The notes: generated from the sequence alone by a model not told the origin. 64,000 nucleotides of DNA from Candidatus Marinacidobacterales bacterium (GCA_965226495.1 OZ245365.1:3584001-3648000); one strand, 5' to 3'; shown: positions 37,999-48,921, counted from the first letter of the stretch. A program made the numbers and translations.

Positions 37999-39057
37999 CT
38001 ACGTCTCAGATCGTTTCAGCTGGGTAGCCTGACGCCGCACGGCCTCGGAGACGTTACGATCTGTTGCGAGACGCTTCAAGTCCCGAGCGGGTAGTCTAGG
38101 AAGAAGACGCATCGCGATCTCGACCGGCGTCAACGGGTTCTGGACCAATTCCTTTGCCACTTTGTATCGCTTGGTCCACTCTCTTCTCGCTCCGATTGCG
38201 CGTAGCACCTCGGAAGACACGTTTTTCATTGCCGCGAAGCCCTCGATTTCGGAGTCGGTGAGTTTCGGACTGCCGAGCACGGCAGAGTATACGACGCGGT
38301 TTCGGTCCCGAATCAACATGTTCCTGGTCTCTCGATCCCCTTTGAGGCCCTCCATCATTTTTTCGGCCGCGGTCATTCCCACCAGGCGCTGAAACACTGT
38401 GAGCTTGGATTGGAGCTCCTCCTCGCTGAGCTCCCCACCATCTCCATACTGGGCCACGGCATCCTCGATGGTCTTCGGTGGTGGCGCCTCCTCTTCGGGA
38501 GGTCCGGTCTCCAAATCCATCAACGCTTCGGGCTCCGCCGGTGGCAGGACCTCGGCCGGGGTCTCGGTCACACCAATCTTGAAGTCGTGCCGGAGCTCGG
38601 TGAGACGACGCCGCTGATCAGAAGTGAGGTTATTGCTCGCTTCCAGCGCTTCCAGCAAGGGCATGTGGCGGAGCACGCGGGTTTGATTGATAACCACGAT
38701 TTCGAGCAGCTCCGCAGAAAGCCGCGGAGCCATCGCTCGGATGGCCTGGTCCTCAGTTCCCGGGTTTGTCAGGATCAGTTCGAGCAAGTCGGGATCTTCC
38801 AGCCGAGTACCGAAATACTCGAGCACTTTGGGGTTCGCCGAGGTATCTTTGAGAACGTTCTGCAAGTTCTCCACTTTGACTTGGCGTAGGCTAGCGTCCG
38901 CTTTGTCCCGTACCTCATCGTCGCGATCCCGAGTGAGGAGATACAGAAGCTCCAGCTGATCCATCGGCTTGAGCGGAAGGGCCCCGGCGGCCGCGGTCAA
39001 GCGGACATCGCGGGATACCCCACCCTTGCGAAACTGGTCAACTAACGGTGAAGCCAT
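37999..39057 (-). CDS. Hypothetical HEAT/LRV-like repeat protein
   Basis: KGDRETRNMLIRDRN, SPKLTDSEIE, REW.K.Y...LVQNPLTP. Confidence 0.8.
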   Translation of the reverse strand: MASPLVDQFRKGGVSRDVRLTAAAGALPLKPMDQLELLYLLTRDRDDEVRDKADASLRQVKVENLQNVLKDTSANPKVLEYFGTRLEDPDLLELILTNPGTEDQAIRAMAPRLSAELLEIVVINQTRVLRHMPLLEALEASNNLTSDQRRRLTELRHDFKIGVTETPAEVLPPAEPEALMDLETGPPEEEAPPPKTIEDAVAQYGDGGELSEEELQSKLTVFQRLVGMTAAEKMMEGLKGDRETRNMLIRDRNRVVYSAVLGSPKLTDSEIEGFAAMKNVSSEVLRAIGARREWTKRYKVAKELVQNPLTPVEIAMRLLPRLPARDLKRLATDRNVSEAVRRQATQLKRSET

Positions 39058-39089
39058 CTATACCCTTCAAGGGAACGGTTGCCGTCCGC

Positions 39090-39893
39090 CTACGATGTGA
39101 AATCGGCGACATTGTCCGACGTGATGCAGATGTTCTTCCGAACCTGCCCCGCCTGCCCCAACGGCCTACCAATCTGGCCGTCGATCCAATAGGAAACCCC
39201 GCCCGCATTGCCCACGGACAGACAAATCTCCGCAGCCTCGAATTCTTTTCGGAACCCGACCAGTTTAATCCCCTCGTCGACCGCCTCACCGTCTGTTTGC
39301 ACTTCCAACCAACACGGCTCTTCGATCTTCAGAGTCAGACGCAGTTTCCTCGTTGTCGGAAGATCATCTTCGGCCGCTCGCTCCGGCGACAGCTCGTTCC
39401 TGACAAAGGGTAGGCGCGCCGAGTCAGCCGCCCTGCTGGCGGTCCTACTCATTTGGCTTATCTGGCCCGCGGATTGGGACGCCTTCAATTGGCTGGATGT
39501 CGGATTCGCGGCATCTTGCGCAGGCGCTCGACGCCAAACCGCCGCCGCGGCGCCGCTCAAGCCGACTCCTACGATAACCAATACCACCCACTTGACGGCT
39601 GACGCGAGCGGAAGATTCGGTGCAGTCCGCGCCGCCGGTGATGGTCCCGGTACTCTCCCGCCTGCCGCGGCGAACTCGTAGGCGGTCAAGATCCGCTCTT
39701 CATCCAAACCTAAATACCGTGCGTAGGCCCTGACGTAGGCTCGTTGATAGAAACGGCCCGGGATAATGTCGACGCGACCGGATTCGATCGCACCGAGAAA
39801 ACGCACTCCTACGTTAGTTGTCTCTGCGATTTGAGCGAGACGGATTCCTCGACTCTCCCGCTCGCGTTTCAGTTCGTCACCAAACGAGAACAT
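39090..39893 (-). CDS. RodZ-like HTH membrane protein
   Basis: FGDELKRERESRGI...FLGAIE...YVRAYARYLGLD; TM; C-terminal CWLEV..DG...VGNAGGV. Confidence 0.85.
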   Translation of the reverse strand: MFSFGDELKRERESRGIRLAQIAETTNVGVRFLGAIESGRVDIIPGRFYQRAYVRAYARYLGLDEERILTAYEFAAAGGRVPGPSPAARTAPNLPLASAVKWVVLVIVGVGLSGAAAAVWRRAPAQDAANPTSSQLKASQSAGQISQMSRTASRAADSARLPFVRNELSPERAAEDDLPTTRKLRLTLKIEEPCWLEVQTDGEAVDEGIKLVGFRKEFEAAEICLSVGNAGGVSYWIDGQIGRPLGQAGQVRKNICITSDNVADFTS

Positions 39894-40022
39894 TATCGGA
39901 CCTAGTGGTAAGGCGAAAGGTCTATCCTCTTCGGGATGTGGTGCTTCCGGGCACACGGGCCCCAGGCTAACGTCATTTTGTCAGACCCGCATGGACCTGT
40001 CAACGTCGGCCCAATGACAGCC

Positions 40023-40760
40023 TCACCTTGTTGCTCCTGACCTAGATAGGATGCGTTCCGCACCCACTCGGATGACTGGGGGGAGCTCGTTCTTGTCGAC
40101 CAGTTTCGCGACTGCCCACGGTGGCAGGGCCGCCAACGCCCGAAGGGCGGTGTGAACCGGTGTTCTTTTGTTTTTGATGACCGCCGTCCTGATCGCCGGA
40201 CGGCTCGCCCAACGCTCGGAGTCTGCCACGGTGCGCAGAATTTCCGGAGTACTCCGGGGAGCTTCAACGATCTGCAAGACCTGAACCTCACGCAGGCGTG
40301 GGTTATTGAGCAGCGCGGCGACGACCCGAGCGTTTCCATCACCTATCAAGCCCGGAAGTAGGCGGGCGGTGGCCGTTCGGGCCAAAGCGATTCGCTCCCC
40401 GAGCTCTAGCTGGGGCAATCGGTCACGCAGGTACTTCTCTGCAGTTAAACGAATGGGCATAGGGAGGCGAAAGTTATTTGCTACCTTCAACAGCTCCTTC
40501 CAGAACAGCTGGTTCACCAACCGGAGCGCCAAAGTTTTGGGTGTCTTGGCGTGATTGACGATGGCGGCCTTGATGATGTGGCGTGAATTCCATCTTTCAT
40601 CCCTTGCGATGGCTTCGATCACGGTGCTCGGAAGATCTCGTTTGCGCAACACCGCCAGCACGTGTGCCTGCTCGGTCTGTGGATGCTCCAAGAGTGCCGC
40701 AGCCTGCTCGGCCGAGGCGGCAGGGCCCAGGGCATCCATCAACTCTCGGACTTCCATCAT
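40023..40760 (-). CDS. Hypothetical HEAT/LRV-like repeat protein (related to 37999..39057)
   Basis: LELGERIALAR, LLNNPRLRE, RW...IVNHAKTP and RW...VIKNKRTP repeats. Confidence 0.78.
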   Translation of the reverse strand: MMEVRELMDALGPAASAEQAAALLEHPQTEQAHVLAVLRKRDLPSTVIEAIARDERWNSRHIIKAAIVNHAKTPKTLALRLVNQLFWKELLKVANNFRLPMPIRLTAEKYLRDRLPQLELGERIALARTATARLLPGLIGDGNARVVAALLNNPRLREVQVLQIVEAPRSTPEILRTVADSERWASRPAIRTAVIKNKRTPVHTALRALAALPPWAVAKLVDKNELPPVIRVGAERILSRSGATR

Positions 40761-40917
40761 GGCATCACGAGACCTCTGGTGGAGTCGGTCGAGTCGCTAA
40801 ACCCTCGGTTTCCTTAGCTTTGCCATGTCCAAGCCGAGCTCGATCACACGCGACATCGGAGAGAGCGGTACGAAGATGGGAGCCCCGTGCGAGAAGCTCC
40901 TTCGGCTGCCGATGAAG

Positions 40918-41271
40918 TTAGGAATGTTTCTCGTGGGTTGCGACGGCATGCGGCTCTCGGTCGTTCCTTGCCGAAGAGCCGTGATCCGGTGGCCCGTCTC
41001 CGAGCGGCACCCCACCTGGAAACAGCGCATTAGAGGTCGTACTCCGCGCCTTGCGTCCTATGACTTCGTTCAGTCCGATATAGATGTTCGCGACTCCGAG
41101 CCCAGAAACGGCGCCGCGGAACATGGGATTCAGAACAACGTCACTGAGCCCCGGGTACGCTTGGAGAAAGTAGTTGCGCTCCCAAATCACGGACCACGGT
41201 ACGAGCAATAAGAAAACACCTACTTCGAGGCAGATCAAGACATACAGCACGAACCATTGGCGGTCTCCCAT
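40918..41271 (-). CDS. Small membrane protein
   Basis: Two hydrophobic segments; CLEVGVFLLLVPWSVIWERNYF...RGAVSGLG. Confidence 0.7.
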   Translation of the reverse strand: MGDRQWFVLYVLICLEVGVFLLLVPWSVIWERNYFLQAYPGLSDVVLNPMFRGAVSGLGVANIYIGLNEVIGRKARSTTSNALFPGGVPLGDGPPDHGSSARNDREPHAVATHEKHS

Positions 41272-41405
41272 TACGTTGCTCTAGTGCCTACGGAGTGCTG
41301 GTCTGGTTCCGGTTCAGCCAACTTGTCGAAAAACCCACAACTTTTTTTCCATGGAAACTCGAATGGCGGTGAACTTAGTCTCCGCTCGGATCGTGCGGGA
41401 ACACG

Positions 41406-44400
41406 CTAGTTTTTGGCGGCCTGCAGGCCGCTCACGCGATCCTTGACGTCGCGAAAACGGGCATTGACACGATAGATATCCATGTATAGCTCGAGGGCGC
41501 GATCGGGTTCACCGGCTGACTCGTACGCGATCGCCAGATCATAACGAAGACCGTGCTGCTCTTCTTCACTCCGTCCAGGGGAGTTGAGCCCCTTCTCGAA
41601 CCATTTGATGGCAATCTGTGGCATTCCCTTCTCTAGGAAGCAAAGCCCTAACATGCTGCAGCACTCGAGAAGCCGACCCTGGTCCTTGGACGCCAACTGA
41701 AACTCTGCGATGGCCTCATCGAGAAGCCCCATCTCCTTGTAGGCAATACCCAGGTTGTAACGGGTGTCGTAGTCTTCGGTGCCGAGCTGCTTTTCCACTC
41801 CCTTCTTGAACTCTCGGAACATTTCATCGAGGCCTGGGTCGGTGACGGCGTCGATAGGACTTCCGGACGACGAGGTCTCCTCAACGGCACTTTGTGTTCC
41901 GAAGACCTCGTCGGAAAGCTCAGAAGCCAGATCGACGTACTCACCTTCGATACCGGCCGGACCGCTCAAAACCGACTCGACCTCGTCTAGCTCGGCGACT
42001 CCTTCCAACGCGGCGAAGGGATCCTCTTCAACTTCAGGGGCGGCGGCAACTTCAGAGGTGGCTGGCACCTCGGGGACGCTGCTAACCAGAGCCTCCGGTT
42101 CAGCCACTTCGGCGACTTCAGGCACCGGCACCGGAGTACTCGCCGCAGAAACGAGAGACTCCTCGACCAAGGAAGCCGTTCCGGATGCGGCCGCCGGAGC
42201 CTCGGCTTCATGCTGCAGTTGAGCGACCGAAAAACCGACCTCGTCGATTTTTGCAAGAACCTGTGCGTCGTCGGGTCGCTTCCTAAGAATCTCTCGGAGC
42301 GTGTCACGCGCGTCTTCGTACAGTCCCAAGGCCATGTACTCGTCCACCTCAGCGAGGTCGTCTCGCACCGCCGGGGCGGCCGGCACAGGTTCCGGAGGGG
42401 GCGCTACCACCGGAGCGGATGGTGGGCTAGCGGCCTGACTGGCCTGATCCGCCTGACCGGGCGGTACGGTTCGATCTTCTTCTTCAAAAGGCGAGTCCGC
42501 ATCGGACGCGGCGGAAGGCTCAGAAGCTTCGGAAATTTCTGCAGGCCCCTCGTCGAACTCTACTTGAATGTCGTCGTCCGGTTCTTCACCAGCCAGCCCA
42601 TCTAGATCAATCTCGACATCCTCGGCAGCGGGCGACGATTCCGCGCCCACAGAGAATTCGTCATCAGGAATACTCAACTCGTCAATCACCGGAGCCGGCG
42701 GCAAGGACAGCTCTTCCGCTAACTCCTCTTCCTCCATCGACACCGGCTCTTCTTCAACTGTCGGCACTATCGGAACCGGCTCATCCTCTACTCTGGGCGC
42801 TGGCTCTGCGGCCGAGCCAATCTCGCTAGCGACATCATCCGCGTCGACTTCGACCGAAAACTCGTCCGGTGCGTCGCTGATGACAACTTCGACATCGTCT
42901 GTGGGTTCGGAAACGGACGGTTGTTCTTCTTCCTCGTCCGCTTCTTCAATGGCAAAGGGCAAGTCGTCTTCGTCCATCGAGACGGCGACTTCGTCCGGAT
43001 CATTGATTTCCTGCGGGATTTCCTGCGGGATTTCCTCTAGCGACGCGACGGCGGGCGCTTCGACGTCCAGCGCCAAATCGTCGTACTGCTCTGGGGACTC
43101 CGGCATGAGATCGACTTCGTCCTCCGGCACCAAGACTTCACCAGGAATCTCCTCCAAGGCCGGGTTGATGCTGCGAGCCTCGATGCGCGCCTTCTCGGCG
43201 TTATCATTCTGTCCCAGCCGGGTATAGATGGTGGACAGTTGAGCGAGCTCTTCGGCCGCCTCGTTGCTCATGCCCTGATCGCGATAGATTTCGATCAGCT
43301 TCTCGCGGGCAGCAGTATGAAAACGGAACCGGTCGAGAACATCCTTGAGCTGTTCGACCGCCTTGTCCACTAGCCCGTATCGAACGAAGACCTCGGCCTC
43401 CGTCATCTTCTCCTTGATGTTCTCCTCGTCCTCGGAGTTCAGAGTTGCGACCGCGTCGATCTCCTGCTGTGTTTGCTCCGACGGAGGCTCGACCACCGAA
43501 GGCTCAACCTCCAAGGGCCCCGAGAGCGCTTCGTCGATGTCGATGACCGGCTCCGATAGTTCCGATACATCCAACGGTGCTTCCGCGATATCGGTATCCA
43601 ATTCAACACCAGGCTGAATATCCTCGTCCATGACAGCCGGGACACTCGCCGCTTCCTGAGGCGGCGGAGCGGCGGCGGGCGGGGCCGGAGCGCTAGGAGC
43701 GCGAGCCTTACGAGCCGGGGCAGGAACGGTCGGGGAAGCGGGAGCTCCTAGTTTGGATTTGAGGAAACGCACCCGATCCTTGTGTTGGGAGTTCTCAGGC
43801 TCCAGCTCGATAAGCTGCTCAGCGACTCTAACCGCTTTTTCGTAATCGCCCTGCTTCGAGTACGCCTCACAGAGCTTGTCGAAGGCGCTCGCTTTCCCAG
43901 CATCCTGTTTCAGAATGGTTTGAACTTCCACCAACTTCAACAGGGTCTTGGTGTGATGGGGATCGCGGTTCAGAATCTTTTGGAGCTGGGCGGCTGCCTT
44001 TTCGCCGTCTTTTCCAGCAACGAGGCTGTCCACCGCGGGCGCCAAAATCTCGAGCGCTTGGTCGCAGTTTCCTTGGCCGATCGCCAACTCGGCCAAGCGG
44101 CTCGCGTGTTCCGCGTTATCCGGCTCGAGTTCGGCGAGACGCCTGAACATGGCTTCGGCCTCGGCGGCCCGACCGGCGCCCATATAGGCTTCGCCGAGGC
44201 GCGAGAGCAACTCGACATCTCGCGGGTGCTGCTCGCGCACCTCCTCGAGTAGCTGAATGGCCTTGTCGTGATGCCCTTGGAGCATGGCCGCTTGAGCCAA
44301 CTTGGTCCTCAGTAATCGACTGGCGTTGTCGATGCGGAGGCCCTTTTCCATGATCTGGATCGCTTCCGCCACCAACCCCTTGTTGATGAATTCATCGGCG

Positions 44401-44918
44401 ATACCCACGTACTCGGCGACCGCCTCCTCGACCTTGCCTTCCCGCTCCAGAAACTCAGCAAACTTGTAGCGCACCTTCAAGTCAGACGGATCGATCTCGG
44501 CGAGCTTCTTGAAGACTTCGGTAGCCTGCCGTTTGTGGCCGGTCTTGGTGTAGAGCTCGACCAAGGCTTGATACTGCGCCTTAGCCTCCATCAACAGGCC
44601 CTGAATCACCTGCAGCTCAGCTAGATTGCGCATAGCCGTTTCGTTCTGAGGATCCAAACGCAGGATCATCTTATGCGTGGCGATGGCGCGGACGTTGAAA
44701 CCATCCTGGCGGTAATAGTCCGCGATCTGAGCGTACTTCTTGATGGCTTCCTCGTTTCGCCCAATGCGGGCATAGAGGTCACCGATTTGGCGAATAGTGT
44801 TCCAATCCTTGGGGTTGGCGGCCACCCATTTTTCGAACTCGGCGATGGCCTTCTCGATCTTGCCGGAGTGGATATACTTGTCGGCGGCCTTGAAGATCCG
44901 GTCCCGGTTCAGCGCCAT
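41406..44918 (-). CDS. Large TPR protein with acidic linker, SgmX-like
   Basis: N-terminal TPRs (IGDLYAR, GFNVRAIA..K.ILRLDP), EAEVFVRYGL, acidic Pro-rich linker, C-terminal DTRYNLGIAYKEMGLLDEAIAEF...FRDV. Confidence 0.85.
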   Translation of the reverse strand: MALNRDRIFKAADKYIHSGKIEKAIAEFEKWVAANPKDWNTIRQIGDLYARIGRNEEAIKKYAQIADYYRQDGFNVRAIATHKMILRLDPQNETAMRNLAELQVIQGLLMEAKAQYQALVELYTKTGHKRQATEVFKKLAEIDPSDLKVRYKFAEFLEREGKVEEAVAEYVGIADEFINKGLVAEAIQIMEKGLRIDNASRLLRTKLAQAAMLQGHHDKAIQLLEEVREQHPRDVELLSRLGEAYMGAGRAAEAEAMFRRLAELEPDNAEHASRLAELAIGQGNCDQALEILAPAVDSLVAGKDGEKAAAQLQKILNRDPHHTKTLLKLVEVQTILKQDAGKASAFDKLCEAYSKQGDYEKAVRVAEQLIELEPENSQHKDRVRFLKSKLGAPASPTVPAPARKARAPSAPAPPAAAPPPQEAASVPAVMDEDIQPGVELDTDIAEAPLDVSELSEPVIDIDEALSGPLEVEPSVVEPPSEQTQQEIDAVATLNSEDEENIKEKMTEAEVFVRYGLVDKAVEQLKDVLDRFRFHTAAREKLIEIYRDQGMSNEAAEELAQLSTIYTRLGQNDNAEKARIEARSINPALEEIPGEVLVPEDEVDLMPESPEQYDDLALDVEAPAVASLEEIPQEIPQEINDPDEVAVSMDEDDLPFAIEEADEEEEQPSVSEPTDDVEVVISDAPDEFSVEVDADDVASEIGSAAEPAPRVEDEPVPIVPTVEEEPVSMEEEELAEELSLPPAPVIDELSIPDDEFSVGAESSPAAEDVEIDLDGLAGEEPDDDIQVEFDEGPAEISEASEPSAASDADSPFEEEDRTVPPGQADQASQAASPPSAPVVAPPPEPVPAAPAVRDDLAEVDEYMALGLYEDARDTLREILRKRPDDAQVLAKIDEVGFSVAQLQHEAEAPAAASGTASLVEESLVSAASTPVPVPEVAEVAEPEALVSSVPEVPATSEVAAAPEVEEDPFAALEGVAELDEVESVLSGPAGIEGEYVDLASELSDEVFGTQSAVEETSSSGSPIDAVTDPGLDEMFREFKKGVEKQLGTEDYDTRYNLGIAYKEMGLLDEAIAEFQLASKDQGRLLECCSMLGLCFLEKGMPQIAIKWFEKGLNSPGRSEEEQHGLRYDLAIAYESAGEPDRALELYMDIYRVNARFRDVKDRVSGLQAAKN

Positions 44919-45045
44919 CCCTCAGTACCTCACCCAATGGGACGTTCCTGGCAGGCTGACCGGCCCAACGGTTGGACAGCTGCCTTCTTGATGCGGCCGA
45001 TGTTGCCGGCCTGGTTGATGCCGTCGATTTCGTTCGCTCATGGTG

Positions 45046-45399
45046 TTAGTTGGTAAGCCTTCTCTTTTCCCTGAGGCGGGCGGCCTTACCCTTGCGTCCC
45101 CGCATGTAGTAAAGCTTGGCCCGGCGCACGTGATGAGATCGAAGGACCTCGATTTTCTCGATCGTTGGTGCATGGATAGGGAAGATCCGCTCCACACCAT
45201 GGCCGAAGGACGTCTTCCTGACCGTCATGGTGGCCCGCGGCCCACCATGCTTGAGCGCGATGATCATCCCCTCGAAAATCTGAATGCGCTCTTTCTCGCC
45301 CTCTTTGACCTTCACGTGTACCTTTACGGTATCTCCGGCGGTCAACGCCGGGAGACCCTCCTTCAACTCTCGTGAATCCAGTTTTTCTAAGACACTCAT
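45046..45399 (-). CDS. rplS: 50S ribosomal protein L19
   Basis: GDTVKVHVKVKEGEKERIQIFEG...GVERIFP...VRRAKLYY. Confidence 0.98.
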   Translation of the reverse strand: MSVLEKLDSRELKEGLPALTAGDTVKVHVKVKEGEKERIQIFEGMIIALKHGGPRATMTVRKTSFGHGVERIFPIHAPTIEKIEVLRSHHVRRAKLYYMRGRKGKAARLREKRRLTN

Positions 45400-45472
45400 T
45401 AGCTAACCTCTCAAGCAATCAAAATCAAATTAAGAGTCATTTGAACCGGGGCACCAGAGCCTCGGCTACTCG

Positions 45473-46228
45473 TTAGTGACTTGCCGAGCTCTTCACCAAC
45501 CCCTCGAGCTCGTTCAGAATTTCGCGCTCCTCTTCATCCAGTTCCGCGCTCGCGAGCAGCTCGGGACGACGGGCTCGAGTTGCGCGGAGTGCTTGTTCCT
45601 TTCGCCAGCGTCGGATGGCAGCGTGATTGCCGGAAAGAAGCACCTCCGGCACTCGCATCCCTCGAAACTCTTCCGGCCTCGTGTAGTGAGGACAATCCAA
45701 CAACCCGCGATTGAAAGAGTCTTCTTGGGCGGAAAGTGGGTCCGAGATGGCACCGGGCAACAACCGTACGACCGCATCCACGACCACCATGCTCGGAATC
45801 TCCCCACCCGACAGCACATAGTCTCCGATGGAAATCTCCTCCGCTCCGGTAGCCGCTAGGAACCGTTCGTCCACGTCTTCGTAGCGACCAGAAACGAGCA
45901 CCAGCTGCTTCAGCTTGGCGAGCCGCGCCACCCGAGCCTGACGCAGAGGAACGCCCCGCGGCGAAAGCAAGACCACCGCACGTTCTCCGTCCGGTAGCCG
46001 ATCATCGGTCACCGCCTCGACCGCCTCCGCCAACGGCTCGACCTTCATCACCAAACCCGGCCCTCCGCCATAAGATGAATCGTCAGTCGTACGATGTCGG
46101 TCGTGGGTCCAAGCACGAAGGTCGTGCACACGAATGTCCACTCGTCCCGCTTCACGGGCCTTGCCCAGGACACCCCAATCGAGCGCCCGAAACATATCCG
46201 GAAAGATGGTGACGACGTCAATGCGCAT
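45473..46228 (-). CDS. trmD: tRNA (guanine37-N1)-methyltransferase
   Basis: [26 protein letters not shown] and YTRP...[10 protein letters not shown]. Confidence 0.97.
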   Translation of the reverse strand: MRIDVVTIFPDMFRALDWGVLGKAREAGRVDIRVHDLRAWTHDRHRTTDDSSYGGGPGLVMKVEPLAEAVEAVTDDRLPDGERAVVLLSPRGVPLRQARVARLAKLKQLVLVSGRYEDVDERFLAATGAEEISIGDYVLSGGEIPSMVVVDAVVRLLPGAISDPLSAQEDSFNRGLLDCPHYTRPEEFRGMRVPEVLLSGNHAAIRRWRKEQALRATRARRPELLASAELDEEEREILNELEGLVKSSASH

Positions 46229-46760
46229 TGAGTGCTACCAGTCCCTCCGGAACGTCTACCTCTACGCGGTTGCGCTCCGTGTCGATGGACTTACAGAACG
46301 CCTCACACAGGGGAATGAGAGTCTCCCCTGTTTTCGAGTCCCTAACTACCAACAGATCGGTGCCGCCGGTGGTCAAGACTTCCTCGACGACGCCCAGATA
46401 CCCTTGTTGGCTGTCCCAAACGCCGCAACCAAGAACACGGAAATGGTAGTGGCTGCCTTCGGGCAACGGTTCGAGCTCCGACTCCGGAATGCGGAGCTCC
46501 CGCCCCGACAGCCGTTCCGCCTCTCCAATGCCCGTAATCCCCTCGAACTTGATGATCGGCCTTCCGCCCTGCAAGCGAACCCACTCCAGCAGTAATGCGG
46601 TGACGCTCCCATCATCGTTGTCAGTAAACACTCGATTCAACTTCTCGAATCGATTCGGAAAATCGGTCAGCGGGTTCACAGCGACCTCGCCCTTTCGACC
46701 CTGAGCACGCGCCACTCGTCCGACGGCGACCAACTCTCGCCAATTTGGTACGGCTTCCAT
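46218..46760 (-). CDS. rimM: 16S rRNA processing protein RimM
   Basis: [14 protein letters not shown]...TDFP..F; PRC barrel; conserved position between khpA and trmD. Confidence 0.95.
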   Translation of the reverse strand: MEAVPNWRELVAVGRVARAQGRKGEVAVNPLTDFPNRFEKLNRVFTDNDDGSVTALLLEWVRLQGGRPIIKFEGITGIGEAERLSGRELRIPESELEPLPEGSHYHFRVLGCGVWDSQQGYLGVVEEVLTTGGTDLLVVRDSKTGETLIPLCEAFCKSIDTERNRVEVDVPEGLVALNAH

Positions 46761-46815
46761 GTTAGATCCTATGCCCCACTTCCTTACGGCCCTACTGCTT
46801 TATGGGTTTACGGGC

Positions 46816-47046
46816 CTACTCAATGATTTCAAGATGAAACCTCTTGCGGAGCTTCATACCGGAAGCCGACAGGATCGTGCGAATCGCGCGAGCGGTACGC
46901 CCCTGCTTGCCGATGACTTTTCCCAAATCCTCCTGAGCCACCCTGAGTTCGAGAATGGTGGTTTGTTCCCCGCCCACTTCCGAGACCACGACCTCATCCG
47001 GGTTGTCGACCAATGCTTTCGCAATGAGCTCCAATAATTCCTTCAT
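46816..47046 (-). CDS. khpA: KH domain RNA-binding protein
   Basis: LVDNPDEV...[18 protein letters not shown]. Confidence 0.95.
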   Translation of the reverse strand: MKELLELIAKALVDNPDEVVVSEVGGEQTTILELRVAQEDLGKVIGKQGRTARAIRTILSASGMKLRKRFHLEIIE

Positions 47047-47094
47047 CTCTGTCCCTCCCGCTCGCTTCGGTTCAGTCGCTGCTTGAGCTCGGCT

Positions 47095-47331
47095 CTACGA
47101 GGGTTTCTGCTTCAATAGACTACGGACGGTGTCTGTTGCCCGGGCTCCCTTCGAGATCCAGTACTGAGCCCGTTCTCTATCGAAGACCGCTGCGTGGCCC
47201 GCGCGCTTGGGCTCGTAGGTTCCAAGGTTTTCCACGATCGCGCCACCGCGGCCGGTTACTGAATCAGATACGACGATCCGAAAGTGCGGTCGCTTCTTAC
47301 TACCTATGCGTGCTAAACGAATATTCAACAT
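47095..47331 (-). CDS. rpsP: 30S ribosomal protein S16
   Basis: IRLARIGSKKRPHFRIVV...LGTY.P...YW...GA..TDTV. Confidence 0.97.
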   Translation of the reverse strand: MLNIRLARIGSKKRPHFRIVVSDSVTGRGGAIVENLGTYEPKRAGHAAVFDRERAQYWISKGARATDTVRSLLKQKPS

Positions 47332-47427
47332 GGGTCTTAACTCTCACCTCCCCTCGAATAGTTAGTGTTATTAGTTCGCCTGTCTCATTCGGCTTGTCTT
47401 CCAATCACTTGGTATTCACTTGGTAAT

Positions 47428-48837
47428 TCACCTGGTTCTCAGCTGGTTCAATTGCTTCAATTGACCACCGAAGCCCCCCTTGGAGCGAGCCATTGCTTTG
47501 GCCATCTTTCGAACCTCGGCGAACCGTCGTAACAATCGATTTACGTCCGAGACCGCGCAGCCGCTACCGAGGGCGATTCGCCGTCGCCGGCTCCCGTTGA
47601 TGATCGAGGCGTTCAATCTCTCCCCACGGGTCATGGAGTTCAAAATGGCTACAAAGCGTCGGATCTCGGTGTCGTCGAACTCAGAAGGAACGTTCGGAAG
47701 CTTGCCCCCCCCGCTGGGTCTATTAGGGAAGTTGGGCAGGAAACTCATGATCTCGCTGAGCGATCCCATGCGCCCGATTTGCTGGAGTTGAGTACGGAAA
47801 TCCTCCAGCGAAAGGTCGTCGCGGCGAAGCTTGCGTGCGAGCTGCGCTGCCTGGTCTTGCTCGACCGCCTGTTCCGCGCGCTCGATCAGACTCAGTACGT
47901 CACCCATCCCCAAAATCCGCGAGGCCATCCGATCGGGACGGAAGAGCTCCAGAGCATCGAGTTTCTCTCCCGTCCCCACGAACTTGATGGCGCGCCCGGT
48001 GGTGGCCGCCAGCGACAGCGCGGCGCCTCCTCTGGCGTCGCCATCCAGTTTCGTCAGGACGTGTCCGGTGAGTGGTACGACTTTGGCAAAGGCTTCCGCG
48101 CTGCGAACCGCGTCCTGTCCGGTCATCGAGTCGGCAACGAACAGCACCTCGACCGGAGTCGTGGCATCGACGAGTTGTTTCAGCTCCTCCATCAACTCTG
48201 GATCCACGTGAATTCTTCCCGCGGTATCCACGATCAACACGTCGAAGCCCGCATCCCGTGCTTGCTTCTTAGCATCCCGAGCTCGTGCAACGGGATCCAT
48301 CGTGTCGGGCTCGAAACACTTGAGTCCCGTTTGGTCGGCGAGCACGCGCAGTTGCTCGATTGCCGCCGGTCGCTTGACGTCCACCGAGACCACCGCCGGG
48401 TGCCTTCGCTCCGTGGCGAGCCACTTGCCGAGCTTGGCGGTGGTGGTCGTCTTGCCGGAGCCCGAAAGGCCCGCCATCAGGATGACAGACGGAGTGTCCC
48501 GGGCAAACTCTATTGGCTTTAGGGGCTTCAACGGGTTTTCCGGATCGACCGACCCCGACCCGCCAGGTTCGGTCCCCGCGAGCAGATTTACCAATTCGTC
48601 CCGCATGATCTTGAGAACTTGCTGCGGCGCGGTGAGCGATGACAACACCTCTTGTCCCACCGCACGTTCTCGTACCCGAGAAGTAAAGTCTCGAGCCACG
48701 CGGAAGTGCACGTCGGCTTCTAGCAATGCCATCCGAAGCTCCTTGAGCGCCGCGTCGACGTGGGCTTCCGTCAGTCGCACTTCGCTCCGGAGTTTCTTGA
48801 TAACCCCTTGAAGTTTCGACGAAATCTGTTCAAACAT
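47428..48837 (-). CDS. ffh: Signal recognition particle protein
   Basis: ALLEADV, GSGKTTT, DTAGR, TKLDGDARGGAALS, RMASRILGMGD and SRRRRIA.GSG. Confidence 0.97.
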   Translation of the reverse strand: MFEQISSKLQGVIKKLRSEVRLTEAHVDAALKELRMALLEADVHFRVARDFTSRVRERAVGQEVLSSLTAPQQVLKIMRDELVNLLAGTEPGGSGSVDPENPLKPLKPIEFARDTPSVILMAGLSGSGKTTTTAKLGKWLATERRHPAVVSVDVKRPAAIEQLRVLADQTGLKCFEPDTMDPVARARDAKKQARDAGFDVLIVDTAGRIHVDPELMEELKQLVDATTPVEVLFVADSMTGQDAVRSAEAFAKVVPLTGHVLTKLDGDARGGAALSLAATTGRAIKFVGTGEKLDALELFRPDRMASRILGMGDVLSLIERAEQAVEQDQAAQLARKLRRDDLSLEDFRTQLQQIGRMGSLSEIMSFLPNFPNRPSGGGKLPNVPSEFDDTEIRRFVAILNSMTRGERLNASIINGSRRRRIALGSGCAVSDVNRLLRRFAEVRKMAKAMARSKGGFGGQLKQLNQLRTR

Positions 48838-48892
48838 CTAGCGTTGCCTCAATCAAAAGGCGGATCTCCCCCCTTAAATGGTGCATCTATTA

Positions 48893-48921
48893 ATGTTAGA
48901 GAACCTGGGCAGTAAAGTCAA
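48893..48921 (-). promoter_or_regulatory. Sigma70 promoter upstream of ffh
   Basis: TTGACT-17 bp-TAACAT on the minus strand. Confidence 0.6.
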
